Assembly (NCBI GenBank): GCA_041690135.1
Contig: JAWLHY010000001.1
Span: forward strand, 800,001-864,000
From: Armatimonadota bacterium
GTDB lineage: Bacteria; Armatimonadota; SYMT01
Reading direction: 5' to 3'
Length of the DNA: 64,000 bases
Shown one piece after another: positions 45,983 through 55,132 of the stretch (position 1 is the first letter of the stretch; each line of letters opens with the position of its first letter). Both the position numbers and the translations under genes were made by a program. The notes under the pieces were generated by a model. The model was not told where the DNA came from. It saw only the letters and a list, made by a program, of their open reading frames with translations, and did not search any database.

Positions 45983-47514
45983 TGACTGTTCACATGAGGG
46001 GGATCGTAAAGCAGTTCGATGCCACCCGGGCCCTCAACGGGGTGGACTTCGAGTTGCTGCCGGGGGAGATCCATGCCCTGCTGGGTGAGAACGGCGCCGG
46101 CAAGTCGACCCTCATGCAGGTCCTCTCGGGGCTTTATCCGCCGGACGCGGGGACGATCGAGGTGCGGGGTACGCCGGTCCGGTTCCGTTCCGCGCGGGAT
46201 GCCACGCGGGCTGGGATCGGGATGGTGCATCAGCATTTCACGCTGGTCGAGAACTTCACCGTCGCGGAAAATCTGGCCCTCGCCCTCCCCTCCCAAACTC
46301 CTTTCTTCCTCCCGCGCCGCCATCTCGCGGCGGAGGCCCTGGCCCTCGCCGAGCACCTTGGCTGGAAGCTGGACCCCAATACACCCGTCTGGCAGTTGCC
46401 GGTCGGCGTGCAGCAGCGGTTGGAGATCGTCAAGGTCCTGGCCCAGCAACCGGAGATCCTCATCTTCGACGAGCCGACCGCCGTGCTCGCCCCGGTCGAG
46501 TTGGACGAGCTGTTCTCCGTGCTCGCCCGCTTGCGTTCCGAAGGAAAATCGATCGTCTTCATCAGCCATAAGCTGAACGAAGTGATGCGCCTTTGTGATC
46601 GGGTGACTGTGCTGCGGCGCGGGGAGAACGCCGGCACCGTGGCGGTGGCCGACACGAACCCGGAAGATCTCGCGCGACGGATGGTCGGCGATCAGGCCGA
46701 ACGAGAACTGGAAGCTGAGTGCCCCGACGCGATCCCGGCTCCGGGTGCTGGCGCGGGTGAGACCGTGCTCGGAATCAAGAACCTCTGGGTGCGGGATGCG
46801 CGGGGGGTGGACGCTCTGCGTGGAGTTTCCCTCGAACTTCGGGAAGGAGAGATTCTCGGGGTTGCCGGGGTGGACGGAAACGGACAGGCGGAGCTTGCGG
46901 AGGCCGTGCTCGGTCTCTGCCGTGCGTCGCGGGGCACGGTGGAGTTCCACTATCGCAACGGCGCCCGGGGCACCCCGGTTCGCAGCGAGATCGGCTACGT
47001 CCCGCAGGACCGGCGCCGGGAAGGGCTGGTGCCAAGCATGTCCGTGCGCGACAACCTGATCCTGGAATTGCACCAGGAGCCGGGGGCGAGTTGGGGGCCC
47101 TGGTTGCGTTGGAGTTATCTGAACGGGCGAGCGGCCGAAATGGTGAGCGCCTATGATGTTCGGACCGCTTCCCTCGCCCAACCGGCCGGCACGCTCTCCG
47201 GGGGTAACCAGCAGAAGATCGTGATCGGGCGCGCGCTGGACAAGCAGCCACGGTTGCTGGTGGTCGTGAACCCGACCCGCGGCGTGGATGTGGGCGCTAC
47301 CGCTTACGTTCACGAGCAACTCGTGGCCCAGCGGCGGCGCGGCGCGGCCATCCTCTTGATCTCCACCGAGCTCGACGAAGTGATCCGCCTCTCGGATCGT
47401 GTCGCCGTGCTCTATGAAGGGGAGCTCATGGGGATCGTTCCTCCCTCCACGCCCCGAGAGCAATTGGGTTTGATGATGGGCGGCAAGCGGACCACGGATC
47501 ATGCCCTCGCGTAA
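45982..47514 (+). CDS. ABC ATP-binding protein, two-domain sugar/nucleoside type
   Basis: GENGAGKST, GMVHQHF, DEPTAVL, LSGGNQQK and PTRGVDVG. Confidence 0.95.
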   Translation: MTVHMRGIVKQFDATRALNGVDFELLPGEIHALLGENGAGKSTLMQVLSGLYPPDAGTIEVRGTPVRFRSARDATRAGIGMVHQHFTLVENFTVAENLALALPSQTPFFLPRRHLAAEALALAEHLGWKLDPNTPVWQLPVGVQQRLEIVKVLAQQPEILIFDEPTAVLAPVELDELFSVLARLRSEGKSIVFISHKLNEVMRLCDRVTVLRRGENAGTVAVADTNPEDLARRMVGDQAERELEAECPDAIPAPGAGAGETVLGIKNLWVRDARGVDALRGVSLELREGEILGVAGVDGNGQAELAEAVLGLCRASRGTVEFHYRNGARGTPVRSEIGYVPQDRRREGLVPSMSVRDNLILELHQEPGASWGPWLRWSYLNGRAAEMVSAYDVRTASLAQPAGTLSGGNQQKIVIGRALDKQPRLLVVVNPTRGVDVGATAYVHEQLVAQRRRGAAILLISTELDEVIRLSDRVAVLYEGELMGIVPPSTPREQLGLMMGGKRTTDHALA

Positions 47515-48640
47515 GTGGGCCTCGGTCGCCCTCGGGAGCCTGATCGCTGTTCTGGCTCTGGTCCTGGTGGTTGCCGTCGTCATTGCCCTGGTGGTGCTGG
47601 CGCTGGGAGGTCAACCCGGGGAGGCGCTCTCCGCGATCCTGACCGGTTCGACCGGCACGCCCGCCGGGCTCACCGAGACGCTCATCAAGGCGACCCCGTT
47701 GATCCTGACCGGTCTTTGCATCACGGTCGCCTTCCGCTGCGGCATCTGGAACATCGGCGCAGAGGGCCAACTGCTGATGGGCATGCTGGGGTCGGCGGCC
47801 ACTGCCCTGGCACTGCCTCCCCTTCCTCCCCTGCTCGCCGCCCCGCTCTGCCTCCTCGCGGGCGCTGCTTCCGGAGCTGCCTGGGCCGGCTTTGCCGCCT
47901 GGCTCAAGGTCCGGCGGGACATCCCGGAAGTGATCAGCACGATCATGCTGAACTTCCTGGCTGTCTACCTGATCGAATACCTGGTGCGGGGCCCCATGCG
48001 GGACGCCCAGAGCATCAACGACTGGAGCCCGCCCATGCCGGAGTGGACCCAGTTGGCGCGGCTGCGCGAAATCTCCGGCATTCGGCAGGTCGGCGGAGGC
48101 ACACTGTCTCTACCCAATGGTCAGCCGGTGCTTGCTTTCGGCCTGGACGCGGGCCATCTCCACCTCGGGGTGCTGTTGGCGATAGCGACCGCCGGCGCCG
48201 TCTGGCTCTGGCTAGCCCGAACAGGCGTGGGGTTCCGGATCCGGGCCGTGGGGTTCAATCCGGTCGCCGCGCTGACTGCCGGCATGCCGGTGAGCCGGAC
48301 CGTATGGATCGCCTTCCTCGCCAGCGGGGCATTGGCGGGATTGGGTGGCGCCGTCGAACAGCTCTCGGTGATCTCCCGGCTGCACCGCTTCGCTCCGGGC
48401 GAGCCCGGCTACGGCTTCTCCGGCATCGCCGTGGCCTTGCTGGCGCAGCTTCATCCTGCCGGCGTGCTCGGCTCCGCCCTCTTCTTCGGCGCCCTCTCCG
48501 CCGGCTGCGACCGCATGCAGCGCGTGGCCGGGATCAGTTTCCACGTGGCCTACGTCATCCAGGCCGTCATCGTGCTCCTCCTCGCGTGCCTCCCTCAAGG
48601 GCTGTCCCGCTTCCGCGCCCGTCACAAAACCGGGAACTAA
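47501..48640 (+). CDS. ABC permease, nucleoside type
   Basis: PLILTGL, NIGAEGQ, EVISTIMLN and GYGFSGIAVALL. Confidence 0.93.
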   Translation: MPSRKWASVALGSLIAVLALVLVVAVVIALVVLALGGQPGEALSAILTGSTGTPAGLTETLIKATPLILTGLCITVAFRCGIWNIGAEGQLLMGMLGSAATALALPPLPPLLAAPLCLLAGAASGAAWAGFAAWLKVRRDIPEVISTIMLNFLAVYLIEYLVRGPMRDAQSINDWSPPMPEWTQLARLREISGIRQVGGGTLSLPNGQPVLAFGLDAGHLHLGVLLAIATAGAVWLWLARTGVGFRIRAVGFNPVAALTAGMPVSRTVWIAFLASGALAGLGGAVEQLSVISRLHRFAPGEPGYGFSGIAVALLAQLHPAGVLGSALFFGALSAGCDRMQRVAGISFHVAYVIQAVIVLLLACLPQGLSRFRARHKTGN

Positions 48641-48944
48641 GCGTAAAGAAGGGTGCGCATACTCTGTGGACGTAAGGCGCTCGCAGCCGGGCTGCCACTG
48701 CCTGTACCGGCTGGCGTCACGGACTCTCAACGTGCACTTGCCCGAAACGCAGGGCACCTCGGAGAGGAATGGCGTGTCTGAGCGTTGAAAGAAGATGCCG
48801 GATTAGCCGTTTCGGTAGCAGACCCGGTGTCCTCGATCGGGCGGCCCACCGGTCGTTAGCGCGGCCGGACGCCTGTTGTTAACCTGCCAGCGACCGCTTG
48901 CGCTCGCTGTAGACCACCCTATCCAGCAAGGAGAATCTCCAGAG

Positions 48945-49322
48945 ATGACTCGATTCCATCGAGCCCTGTTCGGCGCAGTGGCGGCCGCCGCCGTCGTATC
49001 GCTGCCGTTGGTTACGGCCTCGGCTGCCGCGCCCAAGAAGAAGGCCCCCGCAAAGAAGGCTGCCCCCGCCAAGGCGAAGGGCGATGTGAAGGCCGGCCTT
49101 ACCGCCTTCAAGGCCGAAGGCTGCACCGGCTGCCACAAGACCAAGGATTTCGCCGACGCCGGCACCATCGGCCCGGATCTCAGCAAGATCGCCGCCGAGC
49201 ACAAGGCGCCGGAAATCGCGGCCTACATCAAGAAGCCAAAGTCCGGCAGCATCATGCCCGCCTTCAAGGGCCCGCAGAAGGCCATCGACGACATGACCGC
49301 TTACCTCCTCACCCAGAAGTAA
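48945..49322 (+). CDS. Monoheme cytochrome c with Lys/Ala-rich linker
   Basis: Signal peptide; CTGCH, GPDL and SIMP; AAGGAG ribosome-binding site. Confidence 0.88.
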   Translation: MTRFHRALFGAVAAAAVVSLPLVTASAAAPKKKAPAKKAAPAKAKGDVKAGLTAFKAEGCTGCHKTKDFADAGTIGPDLSKIAAEHKAPEIAAYIKKPKSGSIMPAFKGPQKAIDDMTAYLLTQK

Positions 49323-49347
49323 GCAGCCTCTGTCGTTGGCAAACAGT

Positions 49348-49385
49348 AAGGCCCGGCTGCCCCACTTCAGGGGCAGCCGGGCCTT
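49348..49385. terminator. Bidirectional terminator
   Basis: aaggcccggctgcccc/ggggcagccgggcctt between convergent genes. Confidence 0.78.
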
Positions 49386-49415
49386 TATTCATCCAGACCG
49401 ATGCAATGCCCAGTA

Positions 49416-50144
49416 TCAGACCAAACGGTAGCCCAGGTCTTCCAGTCGAATCTGGGGCTGGTACCCCAGGCGCTCGCGGGCTTTGTCGAGATCCCAGCGA
49501 CGGTGTGAGGACTCCCCGACCAGGTGGATGACCTCGTAACCCAGGCCGGAGACCGTGGCGGCCATTTCGTAGGCGCGGCAGAGCTCCGGTATGGCAATCC
49601 ATTGGGGAAGGATCGGCTGCTCGCGCACCGCCGGGTCTTCCAGATCGACCGGTTTCGCGATTCGCAGGCAGACGGCGGAGAGCCCGAACCGCTGGTGGTA
49701 GTCGCGCGCGATCACCTCCCCCAGGTGCTTGGTGATGGCGTAACTGCCGACCGGTCGCGCTTCGGCATCCGGACCGACGGGTTCGTCCGGACCGTAGCCC
49801 CAGACCACCGTCAGGCTGCTGGTGTAGACCACTCGCCCCACCCCACAGCGGCGGGCCGCCTCGAAGACGTTGTAGGTCCCCTTGACGTTGACGTCGAAGC
49901 GCAGGGAGTTAAACGCGTCGTCCTCGAAGTCGCCCTCGTGGCCGGAAGCGATCGCCAGGTGGATGACCGCGTCGACCCCCTCGCACGCAGCCTCGACTTC
50001 CGCGATCCGGGTAATATCCACCGCTCGCCAGCCGGGTTCATTTGGTGCGTGGAGATCCGCCAGCACCAGTTCGTGGCGGGGTGCCAGGAACGGCGCGAGT
50101 CGGCGGCCGACGAAGCCGCTCGCGCCGGTGATGAGGATTCTCAC
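49416..50144 (-). CDS. NAD-dependent epimerase/dehydratase (uronate-dehydrogenase-like)
   Basis: ITGASGFVG, IHLA and YAITK; GTG start overlaps the TPR gene stop. Confidence 0.9.
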   Translation of the reverse strand: MRILITGASGFVGRRLAPFLAPRHELVLADLHAPNEPGWRAVDITRIAEVEAACEGVDAVIHLAIASGHEGDFEDDAFNSLRFDVNVKGTYNVFEAARRCGVGRVVYTSSLTVVWGYGPDEPVGPDAEARPVGSYAITKHLGEVIARDYHQRFGLSAVCLRIAKPVDLEDPAVREQPILPQWIAIPELCRAYEMAATVSGLGYEVIHLVGESSHRRWDLDKARERLGYQPQIRLEDLGYRLV

Positions 50145-51946
50145 TGGTCTTCGTCCTGGACGGCATTCAACAGGGCGAGCATCGACCGCGCCTGCCGGCA
50201 CTCGGGCGCCAACTGCAGCACCTTGCGGAGCGGAGACACGCCCTCGTCCTTGTTACGCCGCTGCGCGTAGTACTGTCCCATCGCGTAGTACGGAGCCCAC
50301 CAGTCGTTCCGAGATTGCGTCACGTCCGTCAGCAGGTCCAGGGCTTCCTCCGAGAAGCCGGCGGAAGCATAGACCCGCGCCAGGGCGTAGCTCGCGGGCC
50401 AGCAGTCGCGGTGGACCTTCTGCACCTGCTGCAGTAGGGCGCGCCAGGCGGTGGCGGAAACCGAGTATTTCCCGCGGATCTCCACCTCCCCGGCGACCTC
50501 TTCACCCTCTTTCCGCCAGACGAAGCCCGCCCAGCGCTCGTCGCTCTTCTGGTAAGCCAGTTCGGGAGCCTTGGCACTGGGGCCTTCGACCCAGGCCAGC
50601 AAGGCAGTGGCTTCCATCTCCGGGCTGGTGCGCGCTGTGCCCTTCAGTTCGCGGGCGGCGAGGAGGGCCGCCTTCGCGGGCTCCCGCTGGGCCGCGGCCA
50701 ACCACGCCAGCCCGGCACGATAACGGGCCTGGAGCAGGTCTTCCCGCGCCTGGGGATGCGTCTTGCCGCGTACCTTCTCCGCGCGATCCGCTGCTTCCGT
50801 CATCGCCTTGGCCGCCTCGGGCCACTTTCCGGAGAGAACCAGCAGCGAGCCCCAGGTGTTCCAGGTCTGGGCCGAGGCGTCGGGACGCTGGGCCGCTTCC
50901 CGGAAGTAGGCTTCCGCTGCGGGGTAGTTCCGCTGCCGTGCGTGGAAATTCGCCAACTGCGCCCGGGCCTGGGTGTGGAGCACGGGCAGTTTCCGGGTGT
51001 CGGCCAGTGTGATGAGACGGTTGTAGGTTCCCTCCGCTTCCTTGACACCGCCCGTTCGTTCATAAGTCCGTGCCAGCTCGTAGTAGAGCTCGCCCGCCGT
51101 AGGATGCTTGGCGATGCCCGCCTGGTACTCCGCGACGGCGTCCGGAACTCGGTTCAGGACCACAAACCGCTGGGCGCGGAGCCGGTACGCGTCCGGGGTT
51201 TCGGGCGCCAGTTCCAGGTAGGTGACCGCCGCGGCATCTTCCTGGCGACCGCGATTCAGTTCCTGGTTCACCTCCACCAGGTACAGCCATGCATCCGCGC
51301 GTTTCGGGTCGGCGGCGATTACCGCCTCGAGGGGGTCGAGCGCCCGCGACCGATTCCCCAGAACCCGGACGTAGAGGTAACCGAGGGCGAAGTTCCAGTC
51401 GAGGGTCTGCGGCCTGGCGGCCATTCCTCTGGAGAGGATCGCCACCGCCTGGTCGACGGTCTCCGGGGCTGCCATTTGCCGCACCAGTTCCAGAAGCTCC
51501 TTCTGGTTACCCAGGGCGAAGTGGGCGATCAGCAGGCCACCGGAAAGTCCTGCTCCCTGGGGCGCTGCGTTCCGCGCCGCTTCGAACGCCTTCAGGGCCG
51601 GTGCGGCCTGGCCGGCATCGAGATGTCCCCAGCCGGTCTTCTCCCAGAGGTCCCAGTCCTCCGGCGTCAATTCGGCGGCCTGCTGAAGGACTTTGGCGGC
51701 CTCCGCGTAATTGCCGACCCCCTGCAGGTCTTCGGCATAGAAGGCTAATTGTTGAGCCTGGGTCTCTTTAGGCAGGCGCGGGTTGATCACCGGTTTCCGG
51801 ACCGTGGGCAGGCGCCGCGCGGGCATCGGCTTTGCGCCGGTCGCGGCGGGCGCTGACCGGACTGCCCCGGTCTGCGCCCCCACCCCCGTCGCCGCCAGGG
51901 TTCCCAATACCACCGCCCAACCTGCCGCCTTGCTCCGGTTGCCCAT
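50141..51946 (-). CDS. Secreted tetratricopeptide-repeat protein
   Basis: Signal peptide; multiple TPR patterns such as AVAEYQAGIAKHP and LRKVLQLAPE. Confidence 0.85.
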   Translation of the reverse strand: MGNRSKAAGWAVVLGTLAATGVGAQTGAVRSAPAATGAKPMPARRLPTVRKPVINPRLPKETQAQQLAFYAEDLQGVGNYAEAAKVLQQAAELTPEDWDLWEKTGWGHLDAGQAAPALKAFEAARNAAPQGAGLSGGLLIAHFALGNQKELLELVRQMAAPETVDQAVAILSRGMAARPQTLDWNFALGYLYVRVLGNRSRALDPLEAVIAADPKRADAWLYLVEVNQELNRGRQEDAAAVTYLELAPETPDAYRLRAQRFVVLNRVPDAVAEYQAGIAKHPTAGELYYELARTYERTGGVKEAEGTYNRLITLADTRKLPVLHTQARAQLANFHARQRNYPAAEAYFREAAQRPDASAQTWNTWGSLLVLSGKWPEAAKAMTEAADRAEKVRGKTHPQAREDLLQARYRAGLAWLAAAQREPAKAALLAARELKGTARTSPEMEATALLAWVEGPSAKAPELAYQKSDERWAGFVWRKEGEEVAGEVEIRGKYSVSATAWRALLQQVQKVHRDCWPASYALARVYASAGFSEEALDLLTDVTQSRNDWWAPYYAMGQYYAQRRNKDEGVSPLRKVLQLAPECRQARSMLALLNAVQDEDQ

Positions 51947-52044
51947 CAGTTGCACCTGCCCTGGAAAAGCCGCTCTCCTACCCATTAGACGCTCGTATCC
52001 GGCACTTGACGACTGGGATTCGGTATCGCCTTGCGCCTGCCTCT

Positions 52045-52080
52045 CTTTGCGTCCTCTGCGCGCTCCGCGACCTTTGCGTT
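52045..52080. repeat. Four degenerate 9-mer tandem repeats (CTYTGCG-type)
   Basis: ctttgcgtc-ctctgcgcg-ctccgcgac-ctttgcgtt. Confidence 0.55.
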
Positions 52081-52107
52081 GAAATCGACCGTGCCGTCGG
52101 ACCCAGA

Positions 52108-52986
52108 TCAGGACTCGGCAAACAGCGCCGCCGCGAACTCCTTGCCCCGGAACACGTCGAAGTCGGTCGCCTTCTCCCCCGTTCCTACGAACTTGATGGG
52201 AATCTTCATTTCATCCTTCACGGTGATAATGACCCCACCGCGCGCGGTGCCGTCCATCTTCGTAAGGATGATGCCGGTGAGCGGCACGATCTCCGCGAAG
52301 CTTTGCGCCTGCGAGATTGCGTTCTGCCCAATGGTGGCGTCCAGGACCAGCAGCACCTCGTCGGTCGGCCTCCCAAGGGCCCGCTCCGCCACGCGCTGCA
52401 CCTTCTTCAGCTCTTCCATCAGGTGGGTCTTCGTGTGGAGACGGCCTGCCGTGTCGGCAATGACCATGTCGGCACCGCGCGCCTTCGCCGCCTGAACCGC
52501 ATCAAACACCACGGCCGCCGGGTCGGTGCCTTCCCGGTGGCGCACCAGGTCGATCCCCAGCCGGTCCGCCCACACCTGGAGCTGGTCGATGGCCGCCGCG
52601 CGGAAGGTATCCGCCGCCGCCAGGAGGACCTTCTTGCCCTGGCGGTTGAAATAGTGCGCGAGCTTGGCGGCTGAAGTGGTCTTCCCCGTCCCGTTGACGC
52701 CGACGATCAGTACCAGGGTCGGGTCCGGCGTACCCCAGTTGATGCCCCGCTGGCCCTCGGAGAGGACGCGCTCGATCTCTCCCTTGAGCCAATCCATCAC
52801 CTCTTCCGCGCTGGAGTAGCGGTTCTTGCGGGTCGCCTGGCGCAAGTCTTCCACCAGCCGGGTGGCGGTGTGGACCCCCACGTCGGATTCGATCAGGGTC
52901 TCCTCCAGCTCATCGAACAACGCGTCGTCGAACTTTGTCCGGCCCTGGAAAACCTGGGTCACCTTCTGGAACAAGCCGCGGAACAT
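52108..52986 (-). CDS. ftsY: SRP receptor FtsY (NG-only form)
   Basis: [31 protein letters not shown] and GTGEK; AGGAGG before ATG 52986. Confidence 0.96.
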   Translation of the reverse strand: MFRGLFQKVTQVFQGRTKFDDALFDELEETLIESDVGVHTATRLVEDLRQATRKNRYSSAEEVMDWLKGEIERVLSEGQRGINWGTPDPTLVLIVGVNGTGKTTSAAKLAHYFNRQGKKVLLAAADTFRAAAIDQLQVWADRLGIDLVRHREGTDPAAVVFDAVQAAKARGADMVIADTAGRLHTKTHLMEELKKVQRVAERALGRPTDEVLLVLDATIGQNAISQAQSFAEIVPLTGIILTKMDGTARGGVIITVKDEMKIPIKFVGTGEKATDFDVFRGKEFAAALFAES

Positions 52987-53881
52987 GCTGCCTCCTGATT
53001 CCTGCGCCCGCCCGGCGGACGATACCGCCCAGGATGTTACACCGCCCGCTTCGGCCGAAGCAAGTGCGCTCGCGCCGAACGGCCGCGCTCCCCGGAAACG
53101 GGGCAACGACCTGGAGGGCGCGGAATGGACCCGCTTCTCCATCAGCGTGTGGAACGACATCCGCAAGACCGCCGAAGAGCAGTCCCTCAAGCACCCCGCC
53201 ATGTTCCCCGTGATGCTGGTGCAGCGCGTCATCCGCGCTTTCACGCGGGACGCCCAGATCCGGATCCTCGATCCATTCTGCGGCTCGGGCTCCACGCTGG
53301 TGGCGGCCCGGACCCTTGGGCGCCAGGGGATCGGGTTCGAAGTCTGCGACGACTATGTCCAACTGGCCCGCCGGCGGGTTGCCGAGCTGGAAGGTCCCGA
53401 ACCGCTGATCTTCCCGGAGAGCGCGCTGCGGATTCCCGAACGCCTCGAAGCGGACAGCGTCGACCTGTGCGTGACCTCACCCCCCTACTGGGATATCCTC
53501 TCGCAGAAGCGGACGGCCGACAACCGGGAGATCCGCGATTATGGCCCCGCTGATGAGGACCTCTCCCGGGTCCACGACTACGAGGCTTTCATCGACCGCC
53601 TGGGAGACGTCTTCACCGGGGTCTACCGGGTACTGAAGCCCGGAGCCTATTGCGTGGTGAACGTGATGGACCTGCGGAAGAAGTCGCAGTTCTACCCCCT
53701 CCACAGCGATCTGGCTTCCCGGCTCTCCGACCCCGCCCGGGGCGGTCTGTTCCTCTACGATGACCTGATCGTGTGGGACCGCCGCGCCGATTACAACTAC
53801 CTCCGTCCGCTTGGCTATCCGGCCGTCTTCCGTATTAACAAGGTCCACGAGTTTCTCATCATCCTTCGGAAGTCGCCCTGA
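52985..53881 (+). CDS. Amino (N4C/N6A) DNA methyltransferase
   Basis: HPAMFP, LDPFCGSGST (motif I) followed by VTSPPY (motif IV), VLKPG and HEFLI. Confidence 0.88.
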   Translation: MLPPDSCARPADDTAQDVTPPASAEASALAPNGRAPRKRGNDLEGAEWTRFSISVWNDIRKTAEEQSLKHPAMFPVMLVQRVIRAFTRDAQIRILDPFCGSGSTLVAARTLGRQGIGFEVCDDYVQLARRRVAELEGPEPLIFPESALRIPERLEADSVDLCVTSPPYWDILSQKRTADNREIRDYGPADEDLSRVHDYEAFIDRLGDVFTGVYRVLKPGAYCVVNVMDLRKKSQFYPLHSDLASRLSDPARGGLFLYDDLIVWDRRADYNYLRPLGYPAVFRINKVHEFLIILRKSP

Positions 53882-53990
53882 TAAGAGCGCCACGAAGCTC
53901 GACTGCGGGTTGGAATTGGCGCCTGCTACTTTTTGGCACACGCCGAACCAGGACATGGTTGCCTGTCCGTAGAAAGAGGGACGGGCAACC

Positions 53991-54950
53991 ATGTCGATGC
54001 AAGCAGCGCCGAAAACCGTTAGTCGCCCCCGGACCCGCCCGTGGTCCGCTACGCGGGTCCGCACCTTCCAGGAATGCCGCCGGAAATACTACTTCCGGTA
54101 TCACCTGGCGCCCCTCGCGCGTAAGCCGGGTGCGCCGCCGCTCGCCTACCAGATAGACCGGGTCAAAGACCTGGTCGGCCTGGAAGCATGGGCCGGCGAC
54201 CTGGTCCACCACGTGATCGAAACGGCGCTCAATCGCTGGCGAGCGCGCCGCGACTACACCGAGACGGAAGCCCTGGCACAGGCCAACCGCATGCTCAGCA
54301 GCCAGTACCGCGACTCCCACGACTACTGGAACGCCCATCCCGACTCCTACACCCGCCGGCCGGTGCTGCTCGACATGCACTACTACTCCGACGCCGGGCT
54401 TAGTAAGGACCGGGCGCAGAAGTTGCGGGAGACCGTCCACCAGTCACTACGCTCCTTCTTCCGGTCCGACCTGGCTCTCCGCCTGCGGGCGCTCGATCCC
54501 GGGGACTGGCGCCCGATCGACCGGAATGCATCCGCACGCCTGGAAGACGATACCTTGATCCTCGTAAAACCGGACTTCGCCTTTGTGGATGGGGACCGGT
54601 TGATGATCCTGGACTGGAAGACCGGCCGTCCCGACCCCTACTGGGAGATGATCCAGGTTACCTGCTACGCGCTCTATGCGGCGGACCGCTGGGGGTACTC
54701 GCTGGAGCAGATCGATCCCCGGGTGGTGCATCTGTTTCCGGAGTTCCGCTTCTCGGACACAGAATACACGTGGGACAGCATTCAGGACGTGAAGTTCCTG
54801 ATCCGCGAGTCGCAGGCGGAGATCGTGGACCTGGTCGGCACCGAAGAATTGCCGCCGCAAGAGCGCTTCCCCTGTACGGAAGATGGGATGCGCTGCCGGT
54901 GGTGCCAGTTCCGCGGAGTGTGCGAGGGCGCCCGCCGGGACGGAGAGTGA
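53991..54950 (+). CDS. PD-(D/E)xK nuclease, RecB/AddB/Cas4-like with four-Cys Fe-S staple
   Basis: WS.T...FQEC; G..VH; KPD...ILDWKTG; Q..CY; C-terminal CRWCQFRGVC. Confidence 0.88.
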   Translation: MSMQAAPKTVSRPRTRPWSATRVRTFQECRRKYYFRYHLAPLARKPGAPPLAYQIDRVKDLVGLEAWAGDLVHHVIETALNRWRARRDYTETEALAQANRMLSSQYRDSHDYWNAHPDSYTRRPVLLDMHYYSDAGLSKDRAQKLRETVHQSLRSFFRSDLALRLRALDPGDWRPIDRNASARLEDDTLILVKPDFAFVDGDRLMILDWKTGRPDPYWEMIQVTCYALYAADRWGYSLEQIDPRVVHLFPEFRFSDTEYTWDSIQDVKFLIRESQAEIVDLVGTEELPPQERFPCTEDGMRCRWCQFRGVCEGARRDGE

Positions 54951-55132
54951 GCTTTGAAGCGGGCTTGGCGGGCGTGAACGCTCCGGGCACGACATTTCTC
55001 TCACCCAGGCGCACACTCCGCTGGTTGCTTCCGGCAGGAAGCGATAATGAAGGTGTAGAACGTACCGGAGCCGTCCCGGCGGGTGGATTTTCCCGTATTT
55101 CGCGGCCGTTCCTTCCGTTAGTTGTTGAACCC

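Noticed and set aside
48641-48944. Possible riboswitch or ncRNA upstream of the cytochrome c
   Set aside because: Only scattered short stems and no family consensus I can support; an Rfam scan would be needed.
53991-54950. cas4 of a CRISPR system
   Set aside because: No cas1, cas2 or array, and the size and motifs fit stand-alone PD-(D/E)xK nucleases.
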